Of a stretch of DNA of 48,259 nt, positions 1-10,131 are shown piece by piece. The stretch's first letter is position 1. The number at the start of each line of letters is the position of its first letter. Under the pieces are notes generated by a model. That model was not told where the DNA came from and searched no databases. It was given only the letters and a program-made list of their open reading frames with translations. The DNA is taken from NCBI GenBank assembly GCA_016192455.1, contig JACPUC010000028.1, forward strand, positions 62,001 through 110,259, in the 5' to 3' direction. Made by a program: the position numbers and the translations under genes. Origin of the DNA: Candidatus Tectimicrobiota bacterium. GTDB taxonomy: Bacteria > JACPUC01.

Positions 1-1336
1 AGCCGAGGGCCGCGAGGGCCTTCAGATCACGCGCCAGGGTCGGCGGGCTGCAGGAGACGTAGAGCAGCTCGCGGGCGGGAAAGCGGGGCAGCAGCTCAAT
101 GACCTTCGGGTGGCAGCCGCTGCGCGGCGGATCGAGCACGACGAGCGACGCTTTCAGCCCCTCGGCCCAGAGCTTGCGCAGCATCTTCTCCGCCAGGCCG
201 CTGCGGAAGCTACAGTTCAGCAGGCCGTTGCGGCGGGCGTTCATCTGCCCGTCGAGAATGGCGGAGTAGGCGCTTTCGACCCCCAGCACCGCGGCGCAGC
301 GTTGCGCCAGCGGCAGCGACAGGCCGCCGCAGCCGGCGTAGAGGTCGAGAATCAGATCGTCCGGGCGCGGGTTCAGCCACTGCACCACCAGGTCCATGAG
401 CAGGCCGGCCTGGCGGGTATTGGTCTGGAAGAAGGTCTCGGGCAGGAGCTCGTAGCTCAGCCCGCGAACACTCTCGCGCATGGTCTGCGGGCCGTGGATG
501 TGGTGCGAGTCGCGGCCGAAGTGCTCGTCCCACGGGCGGCGCATGACGTTGAACCAAATCGAGGCGCCCTCCGGCAGCGCCGCGATGAGCGGCTGCCAGC
601 GCTGCCGCTGCTCCGCCGCGGCGAGTTCCGGCACGGCCACCCCGAGCATCGCCATGGGGTGCCCCGTGCCGACGCCGAGGCGCAGCATAAGGTGGCCGAA
701 CGACTCGTGCGGCGGCGTGTCCGGGCCGTCGCCGAGCATCCGCGTCAGCGCCGCGTTGAGGGCGGGGATCAGGGCGTTCGCGCGCGCATCAAGAATGGCG
801 CAGGCGTCGATGGCGATTTGCTGGCGGTTCGTCTGGTAGGGAGCCTTGCCGCGCCCGCCGCGAGCGACAGCGCCGCCGCCGGCGCTTCGCCCCACCAGGG
901 AGAGCGACACCGCGCCGGCCCGCCGCATGAGGTGGAAGACCATCTTATTGCGGTACCCAAGCGTTTCTTGGGCGCCGATGATCGGGCGCAGGGGAAGGTT
1001 CTCCAGCCCGCCGATCTTCTCCAGGGCCTCGGCAACCTCGGCCTGCTTGTTGGCAAGCTGGGCCGCGTAGGAGAGGTGCTGGAGCTGGCAGCCGCCGCAG
1101 CGGGCGTAGTACGGGCAGGGAGGCTCGACGCGATCAGGCGCCGCCTCCAGGACCTCCTCCAGCTCGGCGGTGGCGTACTGCCGCTTGCGCCTCAGCACGC
1201 GCGCCCTGACGCGCTCGCCCGGAACAGAGCGGGGAACGAAGACGACGAAGCCGTCGTGGCGCCCTACCCCCTCGCCTCCGTAAGAGAGGCGCTCGATCCG
1301 TAGGTCGAGGAGCTGATCTTGCTGCACCGCGGGCAT
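1..1336 (-). CDS. rlmD: 23S rRNA (uracil-5)-methyltransferase RlmD/RumA family, 3'-truncated by the window edge (absent from the ORF track)
   Basis: Manual minus-strand translation from ATG 1336: MPAVQQDQLLDLRIERLSYGGEGVGRHDGFVVFVPRSVPGERV (TRAM domain), CPYYARCGGC Fe-S motif, FFQTN, DLYAGCG SAM motif, VLDPPRSG, YVSCSP. Confidence 0.93.
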   Translation of the reverse strand, partial: MPAVQQDQLLDLRIERLSYGGEGVGRHDGFVVFVPRSVPGERVRARVLRRKRQYATAELEEVLEAAPDRVEPPCPYYARCGGCQLQHLSYAAQLANKQAEVAEALEKIGGLENLPLRPIIGAQETLGYRNKMVFHLMRRAGAVSLSLVGRSAGGGAVARGGRGKAPYQTNRQQIAIDACAILDARANALIPALNAALTRMLGDGPDTPPHESFGHLMLRLGVGTGHPMAMLGVAVPELAAAEQRQRWQPLIAALPEGASIWFNVMRRPWDEHFGRDSHHIHGPQTMRESVRGLSYELLPETFFQTNTRQAGLLMDLVVQWLNPRPDDLILDLYAGCGGLSLPLAQRCAAVLGVESAYSAILDGQMNARRNGLLNCSFRSGLAEKMLRKLWAEGLKASLVVLDPPRSGCHPKVIELLPRFPARELLYVSCSPPTLARDLKALAALG

Positions 1337-1678
1337 CCTGGTCATCGCGGCCTCTTCGAGCTTCTCTCCAGATCTTCCGCGGCGGGGAGGCGATTTCCTG
1401 CACGCCTACTGTGTCGTAAGAGGAGCAGCTCGCCTCGCAAGGGGACGGCCGACGCCCCCCTCGCGGCAGCGATGCCGGCTCGGATCAAGGGGAACGGCAG
1501 GAGGAGCCGCGACGCCCACCCCGCACGCAGCGGGGCGACCGCAACGGCGCGACGCGAGGCGATGGAGCGTCTTCCCGGCGCGCTCCCCCGCCCTTTTCTA
1601 AGCATTGCAGCGGACGAGGCGCACGGCGACAGCGGGCTGAGGCAAAAGAGGTGAAGAACGGACGACGGCGGATCGTTC

Positions 1679-2317
1679 TCAACTATAGGTTGAGATCACC
1701 TTGTACTGCTTCCTCTTCAGGGCGTCCACGATCGTGGCGAGGTTCTTTCCCTTAATGCGGAAATAGTAGATGCGCCGCTCGAGATCCTCGTCCGGAGACA
1801 TGCCGACGCTCAAGACCTCACTCCCCTCCTGAGAGATCGTCGCGGAGACATCCTCGAAGGCGCCCTTGCGGTTGCCGAGAATGAGGTCAATCCGCTCGCT
1901 GCCGCTGATGATGCGCATCATCTCGATGAAGACGTCGAGGATATCAGACTCGGTGATGATGCCGACAAGCTCGTCGTGCTCGACCACCGGCAGGCAACCG
2001 ATACTATGATTGCGCATGAGGCGGGCCGCGTCCTCGATGTACATGTCCGGCGAGGCGGTGATGACCCTCTGGGTCATGATCTCCTGCACCGAAATTTCCT
2101 TCGTCAGGAAGTAGATCTCCTTCTCGTGACTATTGGAGTTCAGCGGCATGAGCGCCATCCGCAGGTCCCGGTCGGTCAGCACGCCGAGGAGCGTCTTCCC
2201 TTCCACGACCGGGAGATGATGGATGCCATGCACCCTGATCAACTCCAAAGCTTCGCCGATCGTCCCCTGGGGGGTGATCGTCACTAACTGACGTTGCATG
2301 TTGCGCTCAACGATCAT
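1679..2317 (-). CDS. CBS-pair plus ACT domain protein, AcuB-like
   Basis: Two CBS motifs (IHHLPVV...GVLTDRDL; IGCLPVV...GIITESDI) and a C-terminal ACT-like region. Confidence 0.85.
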   Translation of the reverse strand: MIVERNMQRQLVTITPQGTIGEALELIRVHGIHHLPVVEGKTLLGVLTDRDLRMALMPLNSNSHEKEIYFLTKEISVQEIMTQRVITASPDMYIEDAARLMRNHSIGCLPVVEHDELVGIITESDILDVFIEMMRIISGSERIDLILGNRKGAFEDVSATISQEGSEVLSVGMSPDEDLERRIYYFRIKGKNLATIVDALKRKQYKVISTYS

Positions 2318-2740
2318 AACCTGCCCTCTACGCGAAGGGACGCTCTCTTGTGTGCCTGCTGACCAGCGCGCCTATTTTACTCGAAACGCTGGGAAGATTC
2401 AAACCGGCAAGGTCCCCCCTCAAGGCGCCCCGAGCGGGGCTGCGCGGCCGCAGCCGAGCGCGCCTCGGGAAGCAGTCGAAAAGGCCGCGCGCCGGAGTCC
2501 GCAGGGGCCTTGAGGGCATGCCGCGGGAACGGGCCTTGCCTCGCACTACCGCAAAGGGTGACGGCGCAATGCACGGGTCCGACGGGTCTGTCGGGCCGTT
2601 CTATTACACACGATTCTCATGGCCTCCGTCAATCCGCGCCGCGCAACCGAGTCTCTGGCGCCCCGTGGTGGAAACGGAGGTCGCGCAAGCCCACCGCCTC
2701 AGTCTCACCCTGTAGGCCAAGTCGGCAAGGGGGACGTACC

Positions 2741-3157
2741 ATGATCATGCGGACAACGCTCATCCTGGGTCTCCTGGTTGGCATCGTGATGGTGCTGGGA
2801 GCCGCGCGCGGCGCCGGACCGCGAAGCGCCGCGGCGCAGCAACCGGCGGCCATGCCCCGGATCATCGAAAGCGGGCCGACCGGCGACGGCTACCAGTGGT
2901 CCATCGGACGCGCCACGGAGGGCGGGCCGCGACGCTTCCAAGCGCTGGAGCGGACCCCGGAGGGAATGGTCTGGCGCACCGAACCGGCGCACCCGGAAGT
3001 CCTCGAGCCGACGGAAGCCGGCCGCTACCGTGAGTTCCTCCCCTACCTCTTCGGCGCTGATGGGTTGCGGGTGGTGGTGCCGGCCTCCCCGTTGTCGCGG
3101 CCTGGGACTCGGCCTGGGGCTGTGGTTGACCCGCTGCCAACCCCAGCGGGCCGGTGA
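2741..3157 (+). CDS. hypothetical exported protein
   Basis: AAGGGGGA RBS before ATG 2741; hydrophobic signal-like N-terminus (MIMRTTLILGLLVGIVMVLGAA...SAAAQ); no family recognised. Confidence 0.55.
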   Translation: MIMRTTLILGLLVGIVMVLGAARGAGPRSAAAQQPAAMPRIIESGPTGDGYQWSIGRATEGGPRRFQALERTPEGMVWRTEPAHPEVLEPTEAGRYREFLPYLFGADGLRVVVPASPLSRPGTRPGAVVDPLPTPAGR

Positions 3158-3210
3158 GGTCCTCGCTGCGGCGCCCGCCGGCAATCCCCCTGCCAACCGG
3201 TGAGGTGGGG

Positions 3211-3657
3211 ATGCGCTACTTCCTTGGCTTTGCCGTGGTCTTCATGGCGCGCCTGGCGTACAGCGGTCTCGTGCATGGGCCGCTCTTCCTGCACCGCTTT
3301 GTCTACCGCGTCCACGCCGAGCAGATGCGCATGAACCCCAGTTTCAGCGCCCTGGTTCTGGCGGAGCTCCTCATTTCCCTGTTGCTCGTGCTGGCCTACC
3401 ACCTCTGGAGAGGGCGGGGAGCCGCGGTTGGTGGGGGGGCGGGCCTCGGCAAGGGGGCGCTTTTCGGCGGCGTGGCGGGGCTCTACCTGTACCTGCCGCA
3501 GAACCTCCTCACTTACCTCCTGTTCGTGCCCTTCAATGCCTCCATGTTCTGGTCCTGGTTCCTCGCCGGGCTGGGAAGCTGCGTCCTGAGCGGCCTGCTG
3601 CTGGCGGCGCTCTGGCCTGCGGCGCAGCCACCCCCGGTTCAGCCGGGTCGGGCGTAA
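3211..3657 (+). CDS. hypothetical membrane protein, about 4 TM helices
   Basis: GAGGTGGGG before ATG 3211; four hydrophobic segments; GKGALFGGVAG glycine-rich helix. Confidence 0.7.
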   Translation: MRYFLGFAVVFMARLAYSGLVHGPLFLHRFVYRVHAEQMRMNPSFSALVLAELLISLLLVLAYHLWRGRGAAVGGGAGLGKGALFGGVAGLYLYLPQNLLTYLLFVPFNASMFWSWFLAGLGSCVLSGLLLAALWPAAQPPPVQPGRA

Positions 3658-3861
3658 GAGGAGCGCCGGCGTCGCCGCGGCTCAACGTTCCCCCGCCGCT
3701 TCAGGGTGCCTGCCGAGCACCTCCCTTGCGAGAATCTCCTGGCCAACGTAGGATGAGGCGCGATGGCGCCAGGCGCCATGTCGCGGCAGCAGAAGGCGAA
3801 CGGCCTGCCGCGCGCAGCCTGGCGCACGAGCCCAGCACCCGATGCAGAGCAGGATTACCTC

Positions 3862-4356
3862 ATGCCTCGAGACAGCCTGACGTTGAAACTTGGCGACAGT
3901 GCTCCGGATTTCACTCTGCCGGCCGAGAATGAGGAGCGCATCCAGCTCTCCTCGTATCGGCGGGACAAGCCGTTGCTCCTCTTCTTCTTCCGGGGCACCT
4001 GGTGAAAAAGCTGTCAGAAGCAGATGGTCGGTCTGCGGGAAGCATCCAGCCTCTTTCAGCAGCAGCAGGTGCGGCTCCTCGGCGTCGTCGGGGAGCGCCT
4101 GGCGCGCCTTCAAGCCCACGTGGCGAAGTCGCCCCTCCCCTTCCGGCTCCTCGCAGATGCTGATGGGAGCACGCTGAAGACCTACGGGGTGTTTCACAAA
4201 GATGGCCTCGCGGGCCGCAAAGTCGCGTACCCCGCCGTCTTCCTCCTCGATGGCGAGGGGATCATCCGCCTCATCTCCGTCGGCAGCACCCCGCGGGAGC
4301 GGCCGCCGGTGAAGCTCCTGCTGCAGGCCGTCGCCATGCTGACGCCGGCGGCGTAG
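3862..4356 (+). CDS. selenocysteine-containing AhpC/TSA (peroxiredoxin-like/redoxin) protein, UxxC, 164 aa
   Basis: ORFs 3763-4005 and 4024-4356 are in the same frame; TGA at 4003-4005 reads FFRGTW-U-KSC-QKQM; GDSAPDFTL, LLADADG and PAVFLLDGEGIIR are typical redoxin motifs. Confidence 0.9.
4020..4036 (+). promoter_or_regulatory. candidate bacterial SECIS hairpin
   Basis: GCAGAT-GGTCG-GTCTGC stem-loop 14 nt after the UGA; the G-containing GGUC loop resembles the E. coli fdhF SECIS loop. Confidence 0.65.
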
Positions 4357-4438
4357 CAACAGCCGCGGCCTCTCCGGCAAGGGCCTGGGCGGGACACGAC
4401 GGCCCGGCAGCCGCCGCGCCTTTCGACCCTGAGCAGTT

Positions 4439-5254
4439 ATGCGCCTAATCTTCCTGCTCCTCAGCCAGCTTGCCGTGGGTGGCAGCGCCGTGATGCTGGC
4501 CGTGCCACAAAAACCTCAGCTCATGAGCTTCTTCCGCTTCGCCAGCGGCCTCTTCCTCTTCCTCGCGGGCTTGGCGCTGCTGTCGGCTCCGAGGTTCTAC
4601 GCGAGGGAGACCTGGACCCTCGCCGGGCTGGCGGAGTGGCGCTCCCGTGAAGTCCTGCTCATGCTGCTCTTCGGCATCGGCCACTTGCTGTACGGCCGTC
4701 GGCTGCGGGGCCGCCAAAGGGGGAGCCTGCCCGGGATCCTGAGCGTCGTCGCCGCCGTGGGCATCTTGGCGGTCATCAGCGAGGTGTTCGGCAGCAGCCC
4801 GCCGGAATCGTCCGCCGCCGTGAATCTGGCGCTGCTTGCCAGGTACCTGCTGTCGAGCGCGACGTTGGGCGCCGTCTTCACCGGCATGCTCTTCGGTCAC
4901 TGGTACCTCAACGTCCCGGGGCTGGAAGTTGAACCGTACCGGCGCATCATCGCCGCTCTCCTGGTCTGCCTGGCGCTGCAGGCGGGTCTGGATGTCGCCG
5001 TCTTTTCCGGCTGGATGCTCGGCGGCGGCTCCGGCCCCGCGGCCTCGGGCGCCGAGGCGTTCCGCTGGTACCTGTTCTGGGGACGTTGGATCATCGGCCT
5101 CCTGGGAGGTTGGCTCATCGCCTTCATGGCCTGGTGGGTGCTGCGGAACAGGGCGACCCAGGCGGCGACCGGGCTCCTCTACGTGGGAGTGCTCCTCGTT
5201 CTCGCCGGCGAGCTGATCGGTCACTTCCTGGTGGTCATTGCCATGGCTAGGTGA
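4439..5254 (+). CDS. polytopic membrane protein (about 8 TM), possibly DmsC/NrfD-anchor-like
   Basis: Many hydrophobic helices; GMLFGHWYL and RATQAATGLLYV motifs; family assignment is tentative. Confidence 0.7.
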   Translation: MRLIFLLLSQLAVGGSAVMLAVPQKPQLMSFFRFASGLFLFLAGLALLSAPRFYARETWTLAGLAEWRSREVLLMLLFGIGHLLYGRRLRGRQRGSLPGILSVVAAVGILAVISEVFGSSPPESSAAVNLALLARYLLSSATLGAVFTGMLFGHWYLNVPGLEVEPYRRIIAALLVCLALQAGLDVAVFSGWMLGGGSGPAASGAEAFRWYLFWGRWIIGLLGGWLIAFMAWWVLRNRATQAATGLLYVGVLLVLAGELIGHFLVVIAMAR

Positions 5255-5408
5255 GTGGGGCGCCGCGGCTGCCGCGTCGATCCGAGGGTGCGCCACCGCC
5301 GCAGTCCTGGCGAGGACCAGCCCGCCGCCGCGCAGGTGGCCGCGGCACGCACTCCGCCGCCTGTCGCACGCAGCAAGCAGACCGCCGCACTGCCGGGAGG
5401 AAGGCGCC

Positions 5409-5810
5409 ATGGCCTCGCAGCTACACAGCAGCAACCACCCAGAGAAAGACGACCTTACCCTTTACCAGCACCTCTTCGGAGGCGCCTATGGACGCCACGT
5501 GTATGAGCGCGTGCAGATGGGACAGGGGGACCTCGTCCCTTACATCCACACGTTCGTGATCCGAGAGATGTGGATGCGTCCCGGCCTCGACCTGAAAACA
5601 AAGATGCTCGTCGCCATCGGCATGTTCCTGGCGCTGCATCGTGAAGAGGTGAAATTCTTCGTGGTGGGAGCTCTCGTCCACGGCGCCAGCCGCCAGGAAA
5701 TCGAAGAGGTCGTCATCCTCTCGGCGGTGGAGGCCGGCTTCCCCGCCGCGTTGCGCGGCTCGTCGTGGGTCTCGGAGGCTCTGTCCGAGTACGAGCGTCT
5801 CGAGGGCTGA
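5409..5810 (+). CDS. carboxymuconolactone decarboxylase (CMD/AhpD-like) family protein without CxxC
   Basis: GGAGGAAGG RBS; WMRPGLDLKTKMLVAIG, GALVHGASRQEIEEV and AGFPAA motifs. Confidence 0.85.
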   Translation: MASQLHSSNHPEKDDLTLYQHLFGGAYGRHVYERVQMGQGDLVPYIHTFVIREMWMRPGLDLKTKMLVAIGMFLALHREEVKFFVVGALVHGASRQEIEEVVILSAVEAGFPAALRGSSWVSEALSEYERLEG

Positions 5811-5893
5811 GGGGCGTCGCCAGGGGGCATCCTCCGCGTCACACCACCCTTTGGCAGAACCCCGCGCCAACCTTGCCCAGCGGAGTCAGCCAG

Positions 5894-6514
5894 ATGCTGG
5901 TCGTTGGACTCACCGGCGGCGTCGCCAGCGGCAAGAGCACCGTCTCCGCCATGCTCCTGCGGCCCGGCGCGCACCTCATCGATGCCGACCTGATCGCCCG
6001 TGAGATCGTAGCCCCAGGCATGCCAGCCCTTGCCGCCATCCGCGCCCGCTTCGGCCCCGAGGTGCTGCGGCCCGACGGCAGCCTGGATCGGGCTCGGCTC
6101 GGCCACCTCGTCTTCACCGATGCAGCGCAGCGCGAGGCCCTCAACCGCCTCACCCATCCCTACATCCTGGCGGCGGAGAATGAGCGTATCGCCACGATCC
6201 GGGCGACGCACCCGACCTCCATCGTCCTCCTCGATGCCGCTCTGCTCATTGAAGCGCGGGCCTACCAGCGGGTCGAGCGCCTCATCGTGGTGTGGGTGGA
6301 TCACGCCACGCAGGTGCAGCGCTTGATGGTGCGTGACGGTCTCGGCGCCGCGGCGGCGGAGCAGCGCATTGCGGCACAGATGCCGCTCAACGAAAAGCTC
6401 GCCTATGCCGATTACATTATCGACAACCGCGGCGACCGCGCCGCCACGCAGGCGCAGGTGGAGCAAATCTGGACGCTGCTGGAGCGCGAACGCGACGCCA
6501 GGAGAGAGGTCTGA
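5894..6514 (+). CDS. coaE: dephospho-CoA kinase
   Basis: MLVVGLTGGVASGKS P-loop, IDADLIAR, LDRARLG, LNRLTHP, RIAAQMP, ADYIIDN. Confidence 0.97.
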   Translation: MLVVGLTGGVASGKSTVSAMLLRPGAHLIDADLIAREIVAPGMPALAAIRARFGPEVLRPDGSLDRARLGHLVFTDAAQREALNRLTHPYILAAENERIATIRATHPTSIVLLDAALLIEARAYQRVERLIVVWVDHATQVQRLMVRDGLGAAAAEQRIAAQMPLNEKLAYADYIIDNRGDRAATQAQVEQIWTLLERERDARREV

Positions 6515-6603
6515 GCCAAGTGAAAAGATTGCGCGCCAGGGGGAAACAGGCGAGACGCCGCCGCCAGCGCGGCAAAAACCGCCAGCCCAGCGACAGATTT
6601 CTC

Positions 6604-6632
6604 TTGACAACTGTTGAGGACCTCTTTACATT
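6604..6632 (+). promoter_or_regulatory. sigma70-type promoter of rho
   Basis: TTGACA (6604-6609), 17-nt spacer, TACATT (6627-6632) in an AT-rich patch. Confidence 0.65.
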
Positions 6633-7025
6633 TCACCATAACCTGATATCAAGGCTTAGCCCCTGCTTCCGAAGCGAATCAACCCCATCAGCCCAAGCAT
6701 CTCACAGCCAACGTCGCGTTGGGGGCATGACCGGCGTAGCCCAACGCCTCCTCTTGGCGTACACTCCTGGAGCCGCACGAACGCTTGTGGCGCGAGCCCG
6801 ACGATGCAGCCGCGTGCCGCGCTCTCGCCGCACGGTACCGGAGAGAGAGCCCTCTGGCCTTTGCGGGGGACTCCTCGCTGAGTACCTCTGCGCCACTTGA
6901 TACAGTCAACCAGGTGAACACCTAACCACCCGCCAGTCGAACCCCGCGGTCAGACTGAGATGTCTATGTCGTCTGCACGACCTCGCCCCCCTGACGCAAC
7001 CGAGCCGCCCACCAAGGAGCTCATG

Positions 7026-8273
7026 ATGAATATCAATGAACTCAAGGAACTCACGATCTCCGAACTGCACGCCATCGCCAAGGAGGTGCGCCTCGAAGGC
7101 ATCTCAACGCTGCGCAAACAGGAGCTTATCTTCAAGATTCTCGAGGCGCAGGCGGAGAAGAACGGTTTCATCTTCAGCGAAGGCGTGCTCGAAATCCTCC
7201 CCGACGGCTTTGGCTTCCTGCGCGCCCCAACGTACAACTACCTTCCCGGCCCCGACGACATCTACGTTTCGCCATCCCAAATCCGCAAGTTCGATCTCCG
7301 CACCGGCGATACAATTTCCGGCCAGGTCCGGCCTCCCAAGGAGTCGGAACGCTACTTCGCGCTGTTAAAAGTTGAGGGGATCAACTACGAGCCTCCCGAC
7401 CAGATTCGGGACAAGATGTTGTTCGACAACCTCACCCCCCTCTACCCCCAGCAACGGATCAAGCTCGAAACCCCGGAGGGCAATCTCTCCACCCGCATCA
7501 TGGACCTGTTGGCGCCGATCGGAAAGGGACAGCGCGGCCTCATCGTCTCTCCCCCGCGCACCGGCAAGACGATGCTCTTGCAGGCCATCGCGCACAGCAT
7601 CGCCGTCAATCATCCCGAGATCATCCTCATCGTCCTGCTCATCGACGAGCGTCCCGAAGAGGTCACCGACATGCAGCGCTCCGTGAAGGGCGAGGTCATC
7701 AGCTCGACCTTCGACGAGCCGCCGCAGCGCCATGTGCAGGTCGCCGAGATGGTCATCGAGAAGGCCAAGCGGCTCGTCGAGCACCGCCGCGATTGCGTCA
7801 TCCTTCTTGACAGCATCACCCGCCTGGCGCGCGCCTACAACACCGTGGTGCCGCCGAGCGGCAAGGTGCTCTCCGGCGGCGTCGACTCAAACGCCCTGCA
7901 GCGGCCCAAGCGCTTCTTCGGCGCGGCCCGCAACATCGAGGAGGGGGGCAGCCTGACGATCATCGCCACCTCCCTCATCGACACCGGCAGCCGCATGGAC
8001 GACGTGATCTTCGAGGAGTTCAAGGGCACCGGCAACATGGAAATCCACCTCGACCGGCGCCTCGTCGACAAGCGCGTCTTCCCGGCCTTTGACGTGCACC
8101 GCTCCGGCACCCGCAAGGAAGAGCTGCTCCTCTCGGAGCGCGAGCTCAATCGCGTCTGGCTGCTGCGCAAGGTGCTCAGCCAGCTCAATGTGGTCGATGC
8201 GATGGAGCTGCTGCTGGAGAAGATGTCGGAGACCGAGAACAATGACGATTTCTTGAACTCCATGAACAGCTAG
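7026..8273 (+). CDS. rho: transcription termination factor Rho
   Basis: [74 protein letters not shown]; alternative start at 7023. Confidence 0.99.
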   Translation: MNINELKELTISELHAIAKEVRLEGISTLRKQELIFKILEAQAEKNGFIFSEGVLEILPDGFGFLRAPTYNYLPGPDDIYVSPSQIRKFDLRTGDTISGQVRPPKESERYFALLKVEGINYEPPDQIRDKMLFDNLTPLYPQQRIKLETPEGNLSTRIMDLLAPIGKGQRGLIVSPPRTGKTMLLQAIAHSIAVNHPEIILIVLLIDERPEEVTDMQRSVKGEVISSTFDEPPQRHVQVAEMVIEKAKRLVEHRRDCVILLDSITRLARAYNTVVPPSGKVLSGGVDSNALQRPKRFFGAARNIEEGGSLTIIATSLIDTGSRMDDVIFEEFKGTGNMEIHLDRRLVDKRVFPAFDVHRSGTRKEELLLSERELNRVWLLRKVLSQLNVVDAMELLLEKMSETENNDDFLNSMNS

Positions 8274-8481
8274 CCGCCCGCACCCCTCGCGCGTCCTCCT
8301 GCCGCTTCTTCCGCGCCCTCGAGCCCGCGCCCCCGCCGCGGCTGCCGCGGCCTGAACCGAGTATCCCCCAGGAGGGATAGCCGGGCGTATGGGGGCCGGC
8401 GGCGGAGCGAAACGCCCCCCGCCTCTCCTTGCGGCGTCGAGCACACTCCGCCCCCGAAGGGCTGGAAGCCGCGCGGCGCCT

Positions 8482-8510
8482 TTGCAAAATGAGCAGCTCA
8501 GATGTATACT
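8482..8510 (+). promoter_or_regulatory. sigma70-type promoter of rpmE-prfA-prmC
   Basis: TTGCAA, 17-nt spacer, TATACT. Confidence 0.6.
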
Positions 8511-8643
8511 ACATCGGCGGTGGTGTGATCCGCCCCGCCGCCGGCAGCACCTGCGAGGCGAGGGTGCGCCAGGTATGCACGAACGGTCCTGGAGTACGGT
8601 TTAGACGAGTGGACAGTGTCAACGTTGTTGATGAGGACGAGGC

Positions 8644-8913
8644 ATGAAGTCAGACATTCATCCTGCGTACGTGGAAGCGACGATCACCTGCTCGTGCGGT
8701 GAAGTCATCCAGACGCGCTCAACGGTAGCAAAGCTGCACGTCGAGATTTGCTCGAAGTGTCATCCTTTCTTCACGGGAAAGCAGAAGATCATTGACACCT
8801 CCGGCCGCGTCGAGCGGTTCCAAACGAAGTACCGGAATATCCCCCGCCGCAGCAGCAAACCCAAGAAGGGAGAAGCCGTCGGAGAAGCCACCGCCTTGCC
8901 GGCCGGCTCCTAA
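8644..8913 (+). CDS. rpmE: 50S ribosomal protein L31, Zn-binding type, with C-terminal extension
   Basis: [13 protein letters not shown]...[19 protein letters not shown]. Confidence 0.97.
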   Translation: MKSDIHPAYVEATITCSCGEVIQTRSTVAKLHVEICSKCHPFFTGKQKIIDTSGRVERFQTKYRNIPRRSSKPKKGEAVGEATALPAGS

Positions 8914-8967
8914 GGCGGCGCACCCGGTCCCGGAGCATCCCTCCACAGGCGTCCGCCGTGGTGATCT

Positions 8968-10038
8968 ATGTTGAAGAAATTGACCGCCATAGAGCGGCGG
9001 TACGATGAGGTCTGCCAGCTTCTCAGCAACTCCGCCACCCTCAGCGATCGCGCCGCCTACCAGAAACTCTCCAGGGAACACGCCCACCTCCACAAGATCG
9101 TGGAGCAGGGGCAGCGCTGCCGCTCCATCCTGAAACGGCTGCAGGATGACGACGCCTTGCTGCACGACCCCGATTTGGACGGCGAGCTCGAGGCGCTGGC
9201 GCGCGATGAAATGAAGTCACTCCGCGAGCAGCTCGAGCAAGCCGAGGCGCAACTCAAGTTCCTCCTCTTGCCCAAGGACCCGAACGAGGAGAAGAACGTC
9301 ATCCTCGAAATCCGCGCCGGCACGGGCGGCGAGGAGGCGGCGCTGTTCGCGGCCGACCTCTTCCGCATGTACTGCCGCTACGCCGAATCGCACCGCTGGC
9401 GCGTGGAGATTCTCAGCTCCAGCAGCAGCGCCACGGGTGGTTTCAAGGAGGTCATCGCCCTGGTCGAAGGGCCCGGTGCGTTCAGCGCCCTGAAGTTCGA
9501 GAGCGGCACCCACCGGGTGCAGCGGGTGCCGGAAACCGAAGCGCAGGGTCGTATCCACACCTCCGCCGCCACGGTGGCGATTCTGCCGGAAGCCGAGGAG
9601 GTGGAGGTGCAGATCAACCCGAACGACGTGCGCGTCGATGTGTTCCGCTCCTCGGGACCGGGAGGGCAAAGCGTCAACACTACCGACTCCGCGGTGCGCG
9701 TCACGCACCTGCCGACGGGCATCGTGGTGAGCTGCCAGGACGAGAAATCGCAGCATAAGAACCGGGCGCGCGCCATGCAGGTGCTGCGGGCCCGCCTCCT
9801 CGATCGGCAGCAGCAAGAGATGGAGCAGGAGCGCGCCATGGTCCGCCGCGTGCAGGTCGGCAGCGGCGACCGCAGCGAACGCATCCGCACCTACAACTAC
9901 CCGCAGAACCGCGTCACCGACCATCGCATCAACCTCACGCTCTACCAGCTCGACCGCGTCCTGGAGGGAGGGCTCGATGGGATCGTCGAGGAGCTGCAAC
10001 TGGCGGACCAGCAGGAGCGCCTGAAGGTATCGGTCTGA
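8968..10038 (+). CDS. prfA: peptide chain release factor 1
   Basis: [21 protein letters not shown] (PxT motif), [17 protein letters not shown]. Confidence 0.98.
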   Translation: MLKKLTAIERRYDEVCQLLSNSATLSDRAAYQKLSREHAHLHKIVEQGQRCRSILKRLQDDDALLHDPDLDGELEALARDEMKSLREQLEQAEAQLKFLLLPKDPNEEKNVILEIRAGTGGEEAALFAADLFRMYCRYAESHRWRVEILSSSSSATGGFKEVIALVEGPGAFSALKFESGTHRVQRVPETEAQGRIHTSAATVAILPEAEEVEVQINPNDVRVDVFRSSGPGGQSVNTTDSAVRVTHLPTGIVVSCQDEKSQHKNRARAMQVLRARLLDRQQQEMEQERAMVRRVQVGSGDRSERIRTYNYPQNRVTDHRINLTLYQLDRVLEGGLDGIVEELQLADQQERLKVSV

Positions 10039-10131
10039 GAGCACCCCGCTCCTTCTCCCCGGCGCTCGAGCTTCCCTTCCCAGGACCGCCCCCTCGGCAA
10101 CGCTCGGGGGCACTACTCCGGCAGGCGCACC

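Noticed and set aside
110-1303. 397-aa plus-strand ORF
   Set aside because: Antisense shadow of rlmD, which the ORF track missed because it runs off the window edge
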